Source: Eubacteriales bacterium
GTDB lineage: Bacteria; Bacillota; Clostridia; Lachnospirales; Lachnospiraceae
DNA: 64,000 bases
Reading direction: 5' to 3'
Assembly (NCBI GenBank): GCA_030526295.1
Contig: JAUNDA010000003.1
Location: 167-64,166, forward strand
Shown here: piece by piece, positions 16,443 through 25,488 of the stretch
How positions within the stretch are numbered: position 1 is the stretch's first letter
Layout of the letters: each line of letters starts with the position of its first letter
Notes under the pieces: generated by a model
What the model was told of the DNA's origin: nothing
What the model saw: only the letters and a program-made list of their open reading frames with translations
Databases searched by the model: none
Translations under genes and position numbers: made by a program

Positions 16443-17868
16443 TGCCGAAGTAGCGTGCGGCGTTTTTGTAGCATACTCCCTCGACTATCTTTCTTAATGA
16501 TTCCTCATTGTCCGGGTACTCACCGTTTTCAACCCAGTTTCCGATGATGTTGCAGAATATCCTCCTGAAATAGTCATGCCTTGCATATGAGAGGAACGAC
16601 CTTGAGTCCGTGAGCATTCCCACAAAGTTTCCGAGTATTCCGAGGTTTGCAAGCGACCTCATCTGTGCCTCCATTCCGGACTTCGTGTCATTGAACCACC
16701 ACGCACTTCCGTGCTGGATCTTTCCCGGGATTTCATCCGTCTGGAAGCATCCGGCAAGCGTGTCTATCTGCTGGTCGTCAGCGGGGTTGAGTGAGTACAG
16801 TATTGTCTTCGGACACTCACCCGTTTCGTCAAGCTCCGAAAGAAGCCGTGCTATCTGTGTGCCGCATGACGTCACCGCTATCATGTCAACGCCCGTGTCC
16901 GGACCCATTGTCTTAAATATCCTGTCATTCGCATTCCTGTAACACGAATAGTGGAGCTGCATGACTATTCCGAGGCGGTGGTACTCCCTTGCAAGGCCTG
17001 CAAGGATGTAGGTTTCATAAACCTCTGCCTCACCTGTCGTGATGGCTTCCCCTTCCATCACCTTCCTGAACACGGCATCTGCAGCCTCCTCCGTGTATTC
17101 CCTGTACGGCACGTAGTCGAGGCCGTGGTCCGAGGCACGGCATCCGAGCGATGCAAAGTACTCAAGGCGCTTTGTGAGGACATCCTTCACATCCTTTGCG
17201 CTTTCTATTTTCATGCCGCTTACCTCCGAGAGCCTGGCGATGTATTCCGCGAAGCCCGCCTTGTTTATGTTTATTGCCTTGTCGGGGCGGAAGGAAGGGC
17301 ACACCATCACTTCAATTGAAGGATCCCCCGCGATTTTTTTATGCCATGAAAGGTCATCGGCGGGATCATCCGTCGTTCCTATGAATTTTACGCCTGACTG
17401 CCTGATGAGTCCCCTTACGGAAAGCTCCCCGTCCTCACGGAGTTTCCTGCTGCACTCCTCCCAAACATTCTTCGCGTTTTCAGGTGCCAGCGGTACATCA
17501 CAGCCAAAGTATTTTTTAAGCTCGAGGTTAGTCCAGTGGTACATCGGGTTTCCAATTGCCATCTCTAGTGCCTCGGCAAACTTCCCTATCCTTTCATCCC
17601 CCGGCATGTCCCCGGTTATGTATTCCTCGGGGATTCCGTGCGAGCGCATGAGCCTCCACTTGTAGTGGTCGCCGAAGTAGCTGCCGTCGTCATTCCTGCC
17701 GCCAAGCCACACCTCGTCTATCGAGTTAAACCTCCTGTCCTCATATATCTCCCTTGGCGATATGTGGCAGTGGTAGTCTACAAGCGGAAGGTTTTCCGCA
17801 TATGTATGGAACAGGTGCTTCGCTGTTTCAGTCTCAAGTAGGAAATCCTCATCCATAAATTTTCTCAT
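16435..17868 (-). CDS. uxaC: Glucuronate isomerase
   Basis: Start moved to ATG 17868 (AGGAGA RBS). MRKFMDEDFLLETETAKHLFHTYAENLPLVDYHCHISPREIYED is a typical UxaC N-terminus. Confidence 0.92.
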   Translation of the reverse strand: MRKFMDEDFLLETETAKHLFHTYAENLPLVDYHCHISPREIYEDRRFNSIDEVWLGGRNDDGSYFGDHYKWRLMRSHGIPEEYITGDMPGDERIGKFAEALEMAIGNPMYHWTNLELKKYFGCDVPLAPENAKNVWEECSRKLREDGELSVRGLIRQSGVKFIGTTDDPADDLSWHKKIAGDPSIEVMVCPSFRPDKAININKAGFAEYIARLSEVSGMKIESAKDVKDVLTKRLEYFASLGCRASDHGLDYVPYREYTEEAADAVFRKVMEGEAITTGEAEVYETYILAGLAREYHRLGIVMQLHYSCYRNANDRIFKTMGPDTGVDMIAVTSCGTQIARLLSELDETGECPKTILYSLNPADDQQIDTLAGCFQTDEIPGKIQHGSAWWFNDTKSGMEAQMRSLANLGILGNFVGMLTDSRSFLSYARHDYFRRIFCNIIGNWVENGEYPDNEESLRKIVEGVCYKNAARYFGIE

Positions 17869-17910
17869 AATCAGTCTCCTAAAAACAATCAAAAGCCATA
17901 AATCCGGTGG

Positions 17911-18813
17911 TTATGACAAAATCAGTATTGATGCAAGTCCAAGTATCATTCCCACCAATTGTGTTATTGCAAGCTTCTCCTTAAATAAAACCGTTCCGGC
18001 AAGAATTGCAAAAATCAATTTGAGTCCGTTACTTACAGGAAAGAAATATGCCGCGTTCATTGCACCCACTCCAAGCAGCGCACTTAAATGAAGTCCCGCA
18101 TACAACAGGCCGCTTATACCTGCAGCTATTCCAACCTGACCTGTCAGTTTATAGGACAAGCCGCTTTTCCCGTTTCCCGTATTCTGTTTGCCTTTGCTTC
18201 TTTTAACAGTTATAAGAAGATAAAGTGCAAGGAAAACGCCAGAGAAAATGAAGCTGTAGAAAATAAAGCCGAATATCTGTGTCATGTCGGCAGTTTCCGC
18301 ATAGACCTTCTGGATTACACCGAGTATACCGCATGCAAACATCCAGGCAAGTGCAAAAAGAAACCATATGATATTGCCCTTTTGTTCATCCCCGTCCCTT
18401 TTTCCGAGCATCATAAGAGCCATTGCAAAAAGCATTATGGCAATTCCCACAATCTGGCGCACACTCAGCGCTTCATTCCAGAAGATGCATGCCGCAACGA
18501 TTGTAATCATCATTCCCGACTGTGCCATAAAGGATGACAGGGACATCGGTCCCCTTTTATAAGATTCATTTGCCGTATACTGCTCAAGTGCGATAAACGC
18601 ACCAAAGAGTACTGCAAGAAGGAAAATGTCACCTCTTATCATTCCGGTTTTTCCCGAACAAAACGGCACAATTGCACCTGTTAGCGATAAAATCAGACTG
18701 TAGGTAATATTGTCTTCCTGTGTTTTCATACTGTCCTTTGCGTATTTGTTCCTAATAATGCTCATCAGTGTATCAAATCCAACCACAAGGACCATTATTA
18801 TCAATGTGTTCAT
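17911..18813 (-). CDS. Multi-pass membrane protein, DMT/EamA-like transporter
   Basis: 300 aa with about 10 hydrophobic segments and a two-halves architecture. Confidence 0.6.
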   Translation of the reverse strand: MNTLIIMVLVVGFDTLMSIIRNKYAKDSMKTQEDNITYSLILSLTGAIVPFCSGKTGMIRGDIFLLAVLFGAFIALEQYTANESYKRGPMSLSSFMAQSGMMITIVAACIFWNEALSVRQIVGIAIMLFAMALMMLGKRDGDEQKGNIIWFLFALAWMFACGILGVIQKVYAETADMTQIFGFIFYSFIFSGVFLALYLLITVKRSKGKQNTGNGKSGLSYKLTGQVGIAAGISGLLYAGLHLSALLGVGAMNAAYFFPVSNGLKLIFAILAGTVLFKEKLAITQLVGMILGLASILILS

Positions 18814-18816
18814 TTA

Positions 18817-19386
18817 TTAAATTACCGTTTTTCTAAAGGATGTTTTATCATAAGCATAGTAATCATCGGGATTAAATCCGAGGTCTCTGAACACACCCCT
18901 CCACCTTTCCTGCATGTCATCCTGATAATACCATGGACGAAAACCCATCTTAAGATAGCATTTGATTGCCGGAATCCTGAATTCATCGGTCCGAAGCTGT
19001 ATCCTGTGGTCACCGTTTTCAATCATGCGGTTAACTGCAGCAGCACTTACAGGAAATGCAAGACCTTTTCCCATGAATTCCTTATTCATTCCAACCATGT
19101 GGAGGGCCGGTGTTTCACCGTCCTTTGCAGTAGCCGTACCGGCAATTGCACCATCTGAATTTCTGCAGATCAAAAAGATGTTCTTTGCCGTGCAGTCTGG
19201 GTCGTTTATCATGTCACTTACAAATTTTTCCTCTGCCCAGAGGCCTTCATTAAGTGTCTCACATGCCTTAATCCATCCGAGTGCGTCCTCACTGTTACCG
19301 TCGCGGCACTCCCTTATCTCATAACCTTTAGGTACTGAAAAATCCACAGGTGAATCGCCAAACCTGAGCATCATTAACTGTTCCAT
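18817..19386 (-). CDS. GNAT-family N-acetyltransferase
   Basis: 189 aa. The acetyl-CoA-binding-like core is HMVGMNKEFMGKGLAFPVSAAAV ... CYLKMGFRP. Confidence 0.7.
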   Translation of the reverse strand: MEQLMMLRFGDSPVDFSVPKGYEIRECRDGNSEDALGWIKACETLNEGLWAEEKFVSDMINDPDCTAKNIFLICRNSDGAIAGTATAKDGETPALHMVGMNKEFMGKGLAFPVSAAAVNRMIENGDHRIQLRTDEFRIPAIKCYLKMGFRPWYYQDDMQERWRGVFRDLGFNPDDYYAYDKTSFRKTVI

Positions 19387-19415
19387 AATAGCTCCTTAAA
19401 AGATTCTGAAAATAA

Positions 19416-20867
19416 TTATACCGAATAAGTACTTGCTGCTGTATTTCCTCCGCGTCCTGTCCAGTTTGTATGGAAGAACTCTCCCCTTGGGCTGTCAAGA
19501 CGCTCATATGTGTGTGCTCCGAAATAGTCCCTCTGTGCCTGAAGCAGGTTAGCAGGAAGACGTTCTGTTGTATAACCGTCAAAATAGCTTAATGCCGCTG
19601 TCATTGCAGGTGCCGGAACACCATATGTAACTGCTGCCGCAGCAACCTTTCTCCATGCCGGAACGAGGCTTTCAATAACACCCTTGAAATATGGATCGAG
19701 AAGAAGATTTTCAAGCTGCGGATTATTATCGTAGGCTTCCTTTATCTTTCCAAGGAATACGCTTCTAATTATACAGCCTCCACGCCACATGAGAGCAATT
19801 CCTCCGTAGTTAAGGTTCCATCCATATGTCTTTGCAGCCGTACGCATAAGCGTATATCCCTGAGCATATGAAATGATTTTTGAAGCATAAAGAGCCTTGC
19901 GGATTGCCTCTATCATTTCCGCCTTATCACCTGTAAATGCAGGAATTTTACGGTCATATGCTTTTGCTGCAATAACCCTTTCGTCCTTCATTGCAGAAAG
20001 GCAGCGTGAGAATACGGCTTCACCGATAAGTGTAAGCGGCACGCCCTCATCAAGAGCTGCAATTCCTGTCCACTTTCCTGTACCCTTCTGTCCGGCTGTA
20101 TCAAGGATTTTTTCAACTATCGGCTCTCCGTCTGTATCCTTATAGGCAAGGATGTCACGTGTTATTTCGATTAAATATGAATCAAGCTCAGTTTTATTCC
20201 ACTGGGCAAATACCTCATGCATCTCGTCATCACTCATTCCGAGAATGTCACGCATGAGCTGATAGGCCTCGCAGATAAGCTGCATGTCACCATATTCGAT
20301 ACCATTGTGGACCATCTTTACAAAATGTCCTGCACCGTTTTCTCCTACCCAGTCGCAGCATGCAGAACCATCCTCAACCTTCGCGCAGATGCTCTGGAAT
20401 ATCGGCTTTACATACTGCCATGCTTCAGGTGAACCGCCTGGCATCATGCTCGGTCCCTTTAATGCACCCTCTTCACCGCCTGAGACTCCTGTTCCAACAT
20501 AGAGCTTTCCCTTTGATTCAACATACGCAGTTCTTCTGATGGTATCCGGGAAATGGGAATTACCACCATCAATGATGATGTCGCCATCCTCAAGAATCGG
20601 AAGAAGTCTTTCAATCATATTGTCAACGGCATTGCCTGCCTTAACCATCATAAAAACCTTACGCGGCTTCTCAAGACAGCTTACAAGTTCCTCAAGTGAA
20701 TGAGTTCCTATGATGTTCTTTCCCTTTGCCCTGCCGTTAACGAAATCATCAACCTTTTGTGTTGTACGGTTGAAAACGGCTACTGTGAAGCCCTTTGATT
20801 CCATGTTCATGACAAGATTTTCGCCCATAACGGCAAGTCCGATTAATCCAATATCTGCCTTTTTCAT
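19416..20867 (-). CDS. gnd: 6-phosphogluconate dehydrogenase (decarboxylating)
   Basis: 483 aa. MKKADIGLIGLAVMGENLVMNMESKGFTVAVFNRT is a Rossmann N-terminus, and the full-length Gnd pattern is present. Confidence 0.95.
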   Translation of the reverse strand: MKKADIGLIGLAVMGENLVMNMESKGFTVAVFNRTTQKVDDFVNGRAKGKNIIGTHSLEELVSCLEKPRKVFMMVKAGNAVDNMIERLLPILEDGDIIIDGGNSHFPDTIRRTAYVESKGKLYVGTGVSGGEEGALKGPSMMPGGSPEAWQYVKPIFQSICAKVEDGSACCDWVGENGAGHFVKMVHNGIEYGDMQLICEAYQLMRDILGMSDDEMHEVFAQWNKTELDSYLIEITRDILAYKDTDGEPIVEKILDTAGQKGTGKWTGIAALDEGVPLTLIGEAVFSRCLSAMKDERVIAAKAYDRKIPAFTGDKAEMIEAIRKALYASKIISYAQGYTLMRTAAKTYGWNLNYGGIALMWRGGCIIRSVFLGKIKEAYDNNPQLENLLLDPYFKGVIESLVPAWRKVAAAAVTYGVPAPAMTAALSYFDGYTTERLPANLLQAQRDYFGAHTYERLDSPRGEFFHTNWTGRGGNTAASTYSV

Positions 20868-20899
20868 ACTTTTCCACCTTTAATTCAAACTAAAAACAC

Positions 20900-21922
20900 T
20901 CAGCGCTTTATTACCGCATTTCCCTCGTAAACCGAGATAAGCTCGGCCTCATCAATAGGAGATGCATAATCATTAAACGTGCTGACAGCCAGCGCTCCTG
21001 CCGCCCAGCCGTATTTAATCCATTCCTCAGGCTTCTTTCCGCTTGCAATTGCATAAAGTATTCCGCCTGAATATCCGTCACCGCCTCCAATACGGTCAAG
21101 CACCTGCATCGGACGCGGCTCCTCAACATACCAGTTTCCGTCTGCCCATACAACGGCACCCCACAGGTGCTCGTTTGCATCTACTACCTTCCTTATGGTT
21201 GCCGAATAAACAACAGCCTGAGGATATTTCTCCTTCTGCTCAAGAATGATTTTCTTGAACTCCTCAATATCAGGTACAGGACCGCCAAGTCCGAGAAGGA
21301 TATCTGAAAGTCCCATGATTTCATCAAAAGCTGCCGTTAACTCCTCTTCTCTTCCCTCCCAGAAGCTCTTTCGATAGTTGTAATCAAACGAGATGAGCGT
21401 ACCGTACTGTTTTGCCTTCCTTGCAATCTCGAGGCATGCCTTTGTTGTATTAGAGGACATTGATGCAATTAGTCCGGAAATGTGCAGAATCTGCACACCC
21501 TCTTCTCCAAAGATTCTGTCAAGGTCATAATCAGAAGAATCCATGTCGCGTCCAACTTCACCAGCCCTGTCATTCCATACCCTCGGTGCACGAAGACCGA
21601 AGCCTGCATCGGCAATATTGAACTGGTGCCGGTATCCCCATGGTCCGCCCTGTTCAACATCTGGTCCCTCGAAATTAATATTTCTCTTTCTGAGTTCTCC
21701 CTTAATAAACCATGCAATCGGTGAATCCTTCACAAATCTTGTAAGTGCAATGCACGGAAGTCCCAGCGAGGATGAAACATTTAAAACATTTGTCTCAGCG
21801 GAAGTTGCCTGCATAAAAAAACGGTTTGACTCATGGACACTCATTCTGTCCTCCGGTGTTATGCGTACTCCCATTGAAGTCACACATGCAACAGCATATT
21901 TACAGTTTGATCTAATGTTCAT
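20900..21922 (-). CDS. kdgK: PfkB-family sugar kinase, 2-keto-3-deoxygluconate kinase-like
   Basis: Start moved to ATG 21922. The AAGGAGAA RBS overlaps the stop of the upstream gene. It has the PfkB signature DRIGGGDGY and a KdgK-like N-terminus (ACVTSMGVRITP). Confidence 0.6.
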   Translation of the reverse strand: MNIRSNCKYAVACVTSMGVRITPEDRMSVHESNRFFMQATSAETNVLNVSSSLGLPCIALTRFVKDSPIAWFIKGELRKRNINFEGPDVEQGGPWGYRHQFNIADAGFGLRAPRVWNDRAGEVGRDMDSSDYDLDRIFGEEGVQILHISGLIASMSSNTTKACLEIARKAKQYGTLISFDYNYRKSFWEGREEELTAAFDEIMGLSDILLGLGGPVPDIEEFKKIILEQKEKYPQAVVYSATIRKVVDANEHLWGAVVWADGNWYVEEPRPMQVLDRIGGGDGYSGGILYAIASGKKPEEWIKYGWAAGALAVSTFNDYASPIDEAELISVYEGNAVIKR

Positions 21923-21933
21923 ATCCGTTCTCC

Positions 21934-23214
21934 TTAACCCTCGAATTTTTCGCGGTTGATCCACAAACCAAGCGCAGGATTCGGTATGAAATATACCTCC
22001 TCACCATCCACTGTGTTATATCCGTACTTTAGCTTAGACGGGTCATACTTCTTTACCATTTCGTCGTATGAGGCGCTCTTAAAGCCAACGGACCTTATCT
22101 CTTTCTCAGTAATATTCTTTACGGCATAGGTGATTTCAAAACGACCGTCTGACGAACCGTGAATTAGATGTGCCGCAGCTCCCATGTTTTCCCTGAGGTC
22201 ATCATTCTCAGGCTTCTTAAACTCCTCAAGCGTATGCAGCCTTCCTCGGTATCCGTATTTTCGAATCAGTCCGTCAACGGTTGCATCCTCACCAAAACGC
22301 TCAACACCCGGTGCGAGAATAATAAGCTCTCCACCGTCAGCCATTGCCATTCGTGTACGGTATACTGCTTTGTTTCCAAGCCAGGTGCTCTTAAATTCCG
22401 ATGGGTCAAGATAAACGATGCACTTTTTTATTCCAGTCTCGGTAAAATCAATGTTCTTTTCCTGGGCAAGCTTAACAGCTTCCTTAAAGCAGTTATAGCC
22501 CTCTCCGGCAAATACTCCGTGTGTATGGATAACACCTCCTGGTGCCGTTGTAACCGTAAGAAAATACAGTATCGGTCTGTCATTCATAAAATGCTCAAGA
22601 CCATAATTAAAGAGCTTCCTTACAGGTGTGGATTCCTTTCCCATCATCCGCTCCATGCCATAAACCGCCCCCACCATATGGGACTTGTTTATCATGTCAC
22701 TTCCACCTACTCCAACAAAGATGTTCTTTCCGTGATTGGCCATGCCCACAACCTCGTGTGGCACAACCTGGCCCGGTGAAATAATGAGATCATATGAGGT
22801 ATCCCTTAAACGTTTATTGACCTCAACACTTACAGGCTCGTTCCAGAGACCCTCTGTAATTTCAGATACATATTCCCCTGGAACCTCTCCAAGACGGACA
22901 ACATCATTTCTCCAGTCATGAACCAGCATCTTCTCATAAGGAATATCCCCAAACATTCCTTCCCACTGCTCCCTTGTAACAGGAACATGAGTACCAAGAG
23001 CAGGCATTATGTCAACTTCCACGCCCTTTTCACTCAGATAGTGGAAGCATTCATTTGTGATAAATCCCGCACCAGAATGAAATCTTGTAAAATCAGGAGG
23101 AATAATCAGAACCTTTTTTAAGTCATACTGATCAAGACTTTTCCTGATAATTTCAGTTATTTCTCCCTTTGTAAGACCCTCTGGTGATGTACTGATTGTA
23201 AAAATCTCTTTCAT
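21934..23214 (-). CDS. LarA-family (DUF2088, nickel-pincer-dependent racemase/epimerase-like) protein
   Basis: 426 aa. PPDFTR, LGTHVP, VPHEVVGMANHGK and NKSH align by eye with the LarA cofactor and catalytic positions (His108, His174, Lys184, His200). Confidence 0.75.
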   Translation of the reverse strand: MKEIFTISTSPEGLTKGEITEIIRKSLDQYDLKKVLIIPPDFTRFHSGAGFITNECFHYLSEKGVEVDIMPALGTHVPVTREQWEGMFGDIPYEKMLVHDWRNDVVRLGEVPGEYVSEITEGLWNEPVSVEVNKRLRDTSYDLIISPGQVVPHEVVGMANHGKNIFVGVGGSDMINKSHMVGAVYGMERMMGKESTPVRKLFNYGLEHFMNDRPILYFLTVTTAPGGVIHTHGVFAGEGYNCFKEAVKLAQEKNIDFTETGIKKCIVYLDPSEFKSTWLGNKAVYRTRMAMADGGELIILAPGVERFGEDATVDGLIRKYGYRGRLHTLEEFKKPENDDLRENMGAAAHLIHGSSDGRFEITYAVKNITEKEIRSVGFKSASYDEMVKKYDPSKLKYGYNTVDGEEVYFIPNPALGLWINREKFEG

Positions 23215-23240
23215 AATACTTTTCCCAAACCAAAATCTGT

Positions 23241-24089
23241 TTATACTCCGCTGTAGGCACTGAAGCCACCGTCAACCGGCAATACTACACCCGTGATAAA
23301 TGAAGCTGCTTCATTGTTAAGAAGGAAAAGAAGTGCTCCGTTAAGCTCCTCAGCCTCTCCGAATCTTCCCATAGGAGTTGCATTTAAAATCTTTCCTGTT
23401 CTAGCAGTAGGAGTTCCGTCAGCATTCCATAGAAGTGCTGCATTCTGCTTAGTTGAGAAGAAGCCAGGAGCTATGGCATTCACGCGGATTCCGGTCTTTG
23501 AAAAGTGTACAGCAAGCCACTGTGTAAAGTTTGAGATGGCTGCCTTTGCTCCCGAATATGCCGGAATCTTTGTAAGAGGTGTATAAGCATTCATTGATGA
23601 GATATTGATGATGTTACAGCCCACCTTCTCAACCATATCCACTGCAAACTCCTGTGTTGTGAGGAGTGTTCCTGTAAAATTGAGGTTAAAAACAAACTCG
23701 ACTCCATCACTGTCAAGGTCGAAGAATGATACCGTGTCAGCCTCAAGGTCGCCCTTTTCAAAGTATTCCTTATCGGTTGTTGCACGCTTGTTGTTTCCGC
23801 CAGCACCGTTTATGAGTATGTCGCAGCTTCCAAGGTCATTTTTCACAGCCTCATGGCAGTTCTTTAATGATGCCTTATCGAGAACATTGCAGGCATATCC
23901 CTTTGCAATAAACCCATCTGCAGCAATCTCATCCGCTGTTTTCTTTGCGGCCTCTTCATTGATGTCAAGAAGTGCAACCTTTGCACCAGACTGTGCAAGC
24001 ACCCTTGCAAACATAGAACAGAGTACTCCGCCCGCACCTGTTACTACAGCAACCTTTCCTGTTAAATCAGTGTTAATTGGAAGTTTCAT
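23241..24089 (-). CDS. uxuB: SDR-family oxidoreductase, UxuB-type fructuronate/mannonate reductase-like
   Basis: 282 aa with TGAGGVL, NGAGGN and YSGAKAA motifs, plus the long insertion (KEYFEKGDLEADTVSFFDLD) characteristic of this SDR subgroup. It lies in a hexuronate context. Confidence 0.6.
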   Translation of the reverse strand: MKLPINTDLTGKVAVVTGAGGVLCSMFARVLAQSGAKVALLDINEEAAKKTADEIAADGFIAKGYACNVLDKASLKNCHEAVKNDLGSCDILINGAGGNNKRATTDKEYFEKGDLEADTVSFFDLDSDGVEFVFNLNFTGTLLTTQEFAVDMVEKVGCNIINISSMNAYTPLTKIPAYSGAKAAISNFTQWLAVHFSKTGIRVNAIAPGFFSTKQNAALLWNADGTPTARTGKILNATPMGRFGEAEELNGALLFLLNNEAASFITGVVLPVDGGFSAYSGV

Positions 24090-24148
24090 ATTTATATCCT
24101 TTCAGTAAATTCAATATAATCGTGATATTCACGCAGTATCCTTAATTA

Positions 24149-25456
24149 TTATGTCCTTATTTCTTTTCTGTCTGGCATAAGCCTTTTCCTTGTCGCTATA
24201 AAAAGCAGCGAGCAGACCATTAACCCTATGAACTGGAATACGTACAGAAAGCGTACCGATCCAAACGGTATTCCGGCAAACAGCACTGTCCTCTCTCCAA
24301 GAATTCCGATGAAGATTCCTCCTATAAGCTTTCCAATAAACGGCCCGAGGTTCTGAAGCATTGAGAAAAAGCCAATATAGTATGTTTGGTCAACATCCGG
24401 TGTATTCACATAGACCATGTTTAAATCAGCCAGGTTAAGACCAACACCCGCAACTGACTGAATCATTATAATTACAAGGTAAAGCCAATATGCATTGCTT
24501 CCTGTAACAAAAGCCGTGAGAAGTACACTCGGGGCATGAAGCATTCCCGCAATTCCAAAGGTGACAAGCCAGGATTTTTTACTTATTACCATTCTCCAGA
24601 ATCCACTTGTAAGAAGCAGTAGCAACGCATACATCGGTGTATACATATTAAGGAGCGTCATGCTTACTCCAACCTCATTCTGAAGATGGTAAAAGCCTAC
24701 TGTTTCCGTAAGTCCCATGGAAAGAAGCCATATGGCATAAATTCCCATCGTCATTATGAATTTCTTATGTCCGAACGGAATAAGAACAAGGTTCTTGAGT
24801 TCAATCCGCTCCGTAGACTTAGGATACGGATATTCCTTTGGAATTGAAAGCACAAAAAGGTCCGTAACTGCAAATAAAACTGCTATTCCGCGCACCACAA
24901 GGAATACCCATCCTGCATTTCCGCCTGCCTTGAAATGATCCACAAACCGGCTCATTCCGAGAAGGAAGATACTTCCGAAAATATTCATTGTCGTCTGCTG
25001 TACGGAAAAGTAATATGCTGCGTTATCACCCTTTACAAAGTTCGAATGCCAGGTCAGGTATCCGCCGTTTACAATGTTGAAAAGTGCTCCCGATACAAAT
25101 ATGATTACCGTAAAAATCACCATAAGCGAAGCCCTGTCGCTTACAAAAAGCGGAATCACCGTAAGGCCTACCAGATTTAAAAGGTAGTAAAGCAGCTTTC
25201 CGATAAGCAAGACATACCGCCTTCTTGGAAAGCGTTCCAGTATCGCAGCAGATAAAAAACTGCAAAACGATGAAGCAAGCCATACTGATGACAGTATACT
25301 TACTTCATTGAGTGTGAATCCGATTGACGACAGGTAAGCCACATACAGGGTACCTATGATTACATCTCTCAGGAACTTGAAAATCCAAGCCGAGTACAGC
25401 ATGCAGCACCTGCCGCGTCCGAATTCGTTATTCCAGTTAAATATTTCCCTAAACAT
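24149..25456 (-). CDS. MFS/GPH-like transporter
   Basis: 435 aa with about 12 TM segments. It lies between the glycosidase and the catabolic genes. Confidence 0.7.
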   Translation of the reverse strand: MFREIFNWNNEFGRGRCCMLYSAWIFKFLRDVIIGTLYVAYLSSIGFTLNEVSILSSVWLASSFCSFLSAAILERFPRRRYVLLIGKLLYYLLNLVGLTVIPLFVSDRASLMVIFTVIIFVSGALFNIVNGGYLTWHSNFVKGDNAAYYFSVQQTTMNIFGSIFLLGMSRFVDHFKAGGNAGWVFLVVRGIAVLFAVTDLFVLSIPKEYPYPKSTERIELKNLVLIPFGHKKFIMTMGIYAIWLLSMGLTETVGFYHLQNEVGVSMTLLNMYTPMYALLLLLTSGFWRMVISKKSWLVTFGIAGMLHAPSVLLTAFVTGSNAYWLYLVIIMIQSVAGVGLNLADLNMVYVNTPDVDQTYYIGFFSMLQNLGPFIGKLIGGIFIGILGERTVLFAGIPFGSVRFLYVFQFIGLMVCSLLFIATRKRLMPDRKEIRT

Positions 25457-25488
25457 GTAAAGTACAGATTAACTGTCTTCTCCAACTG

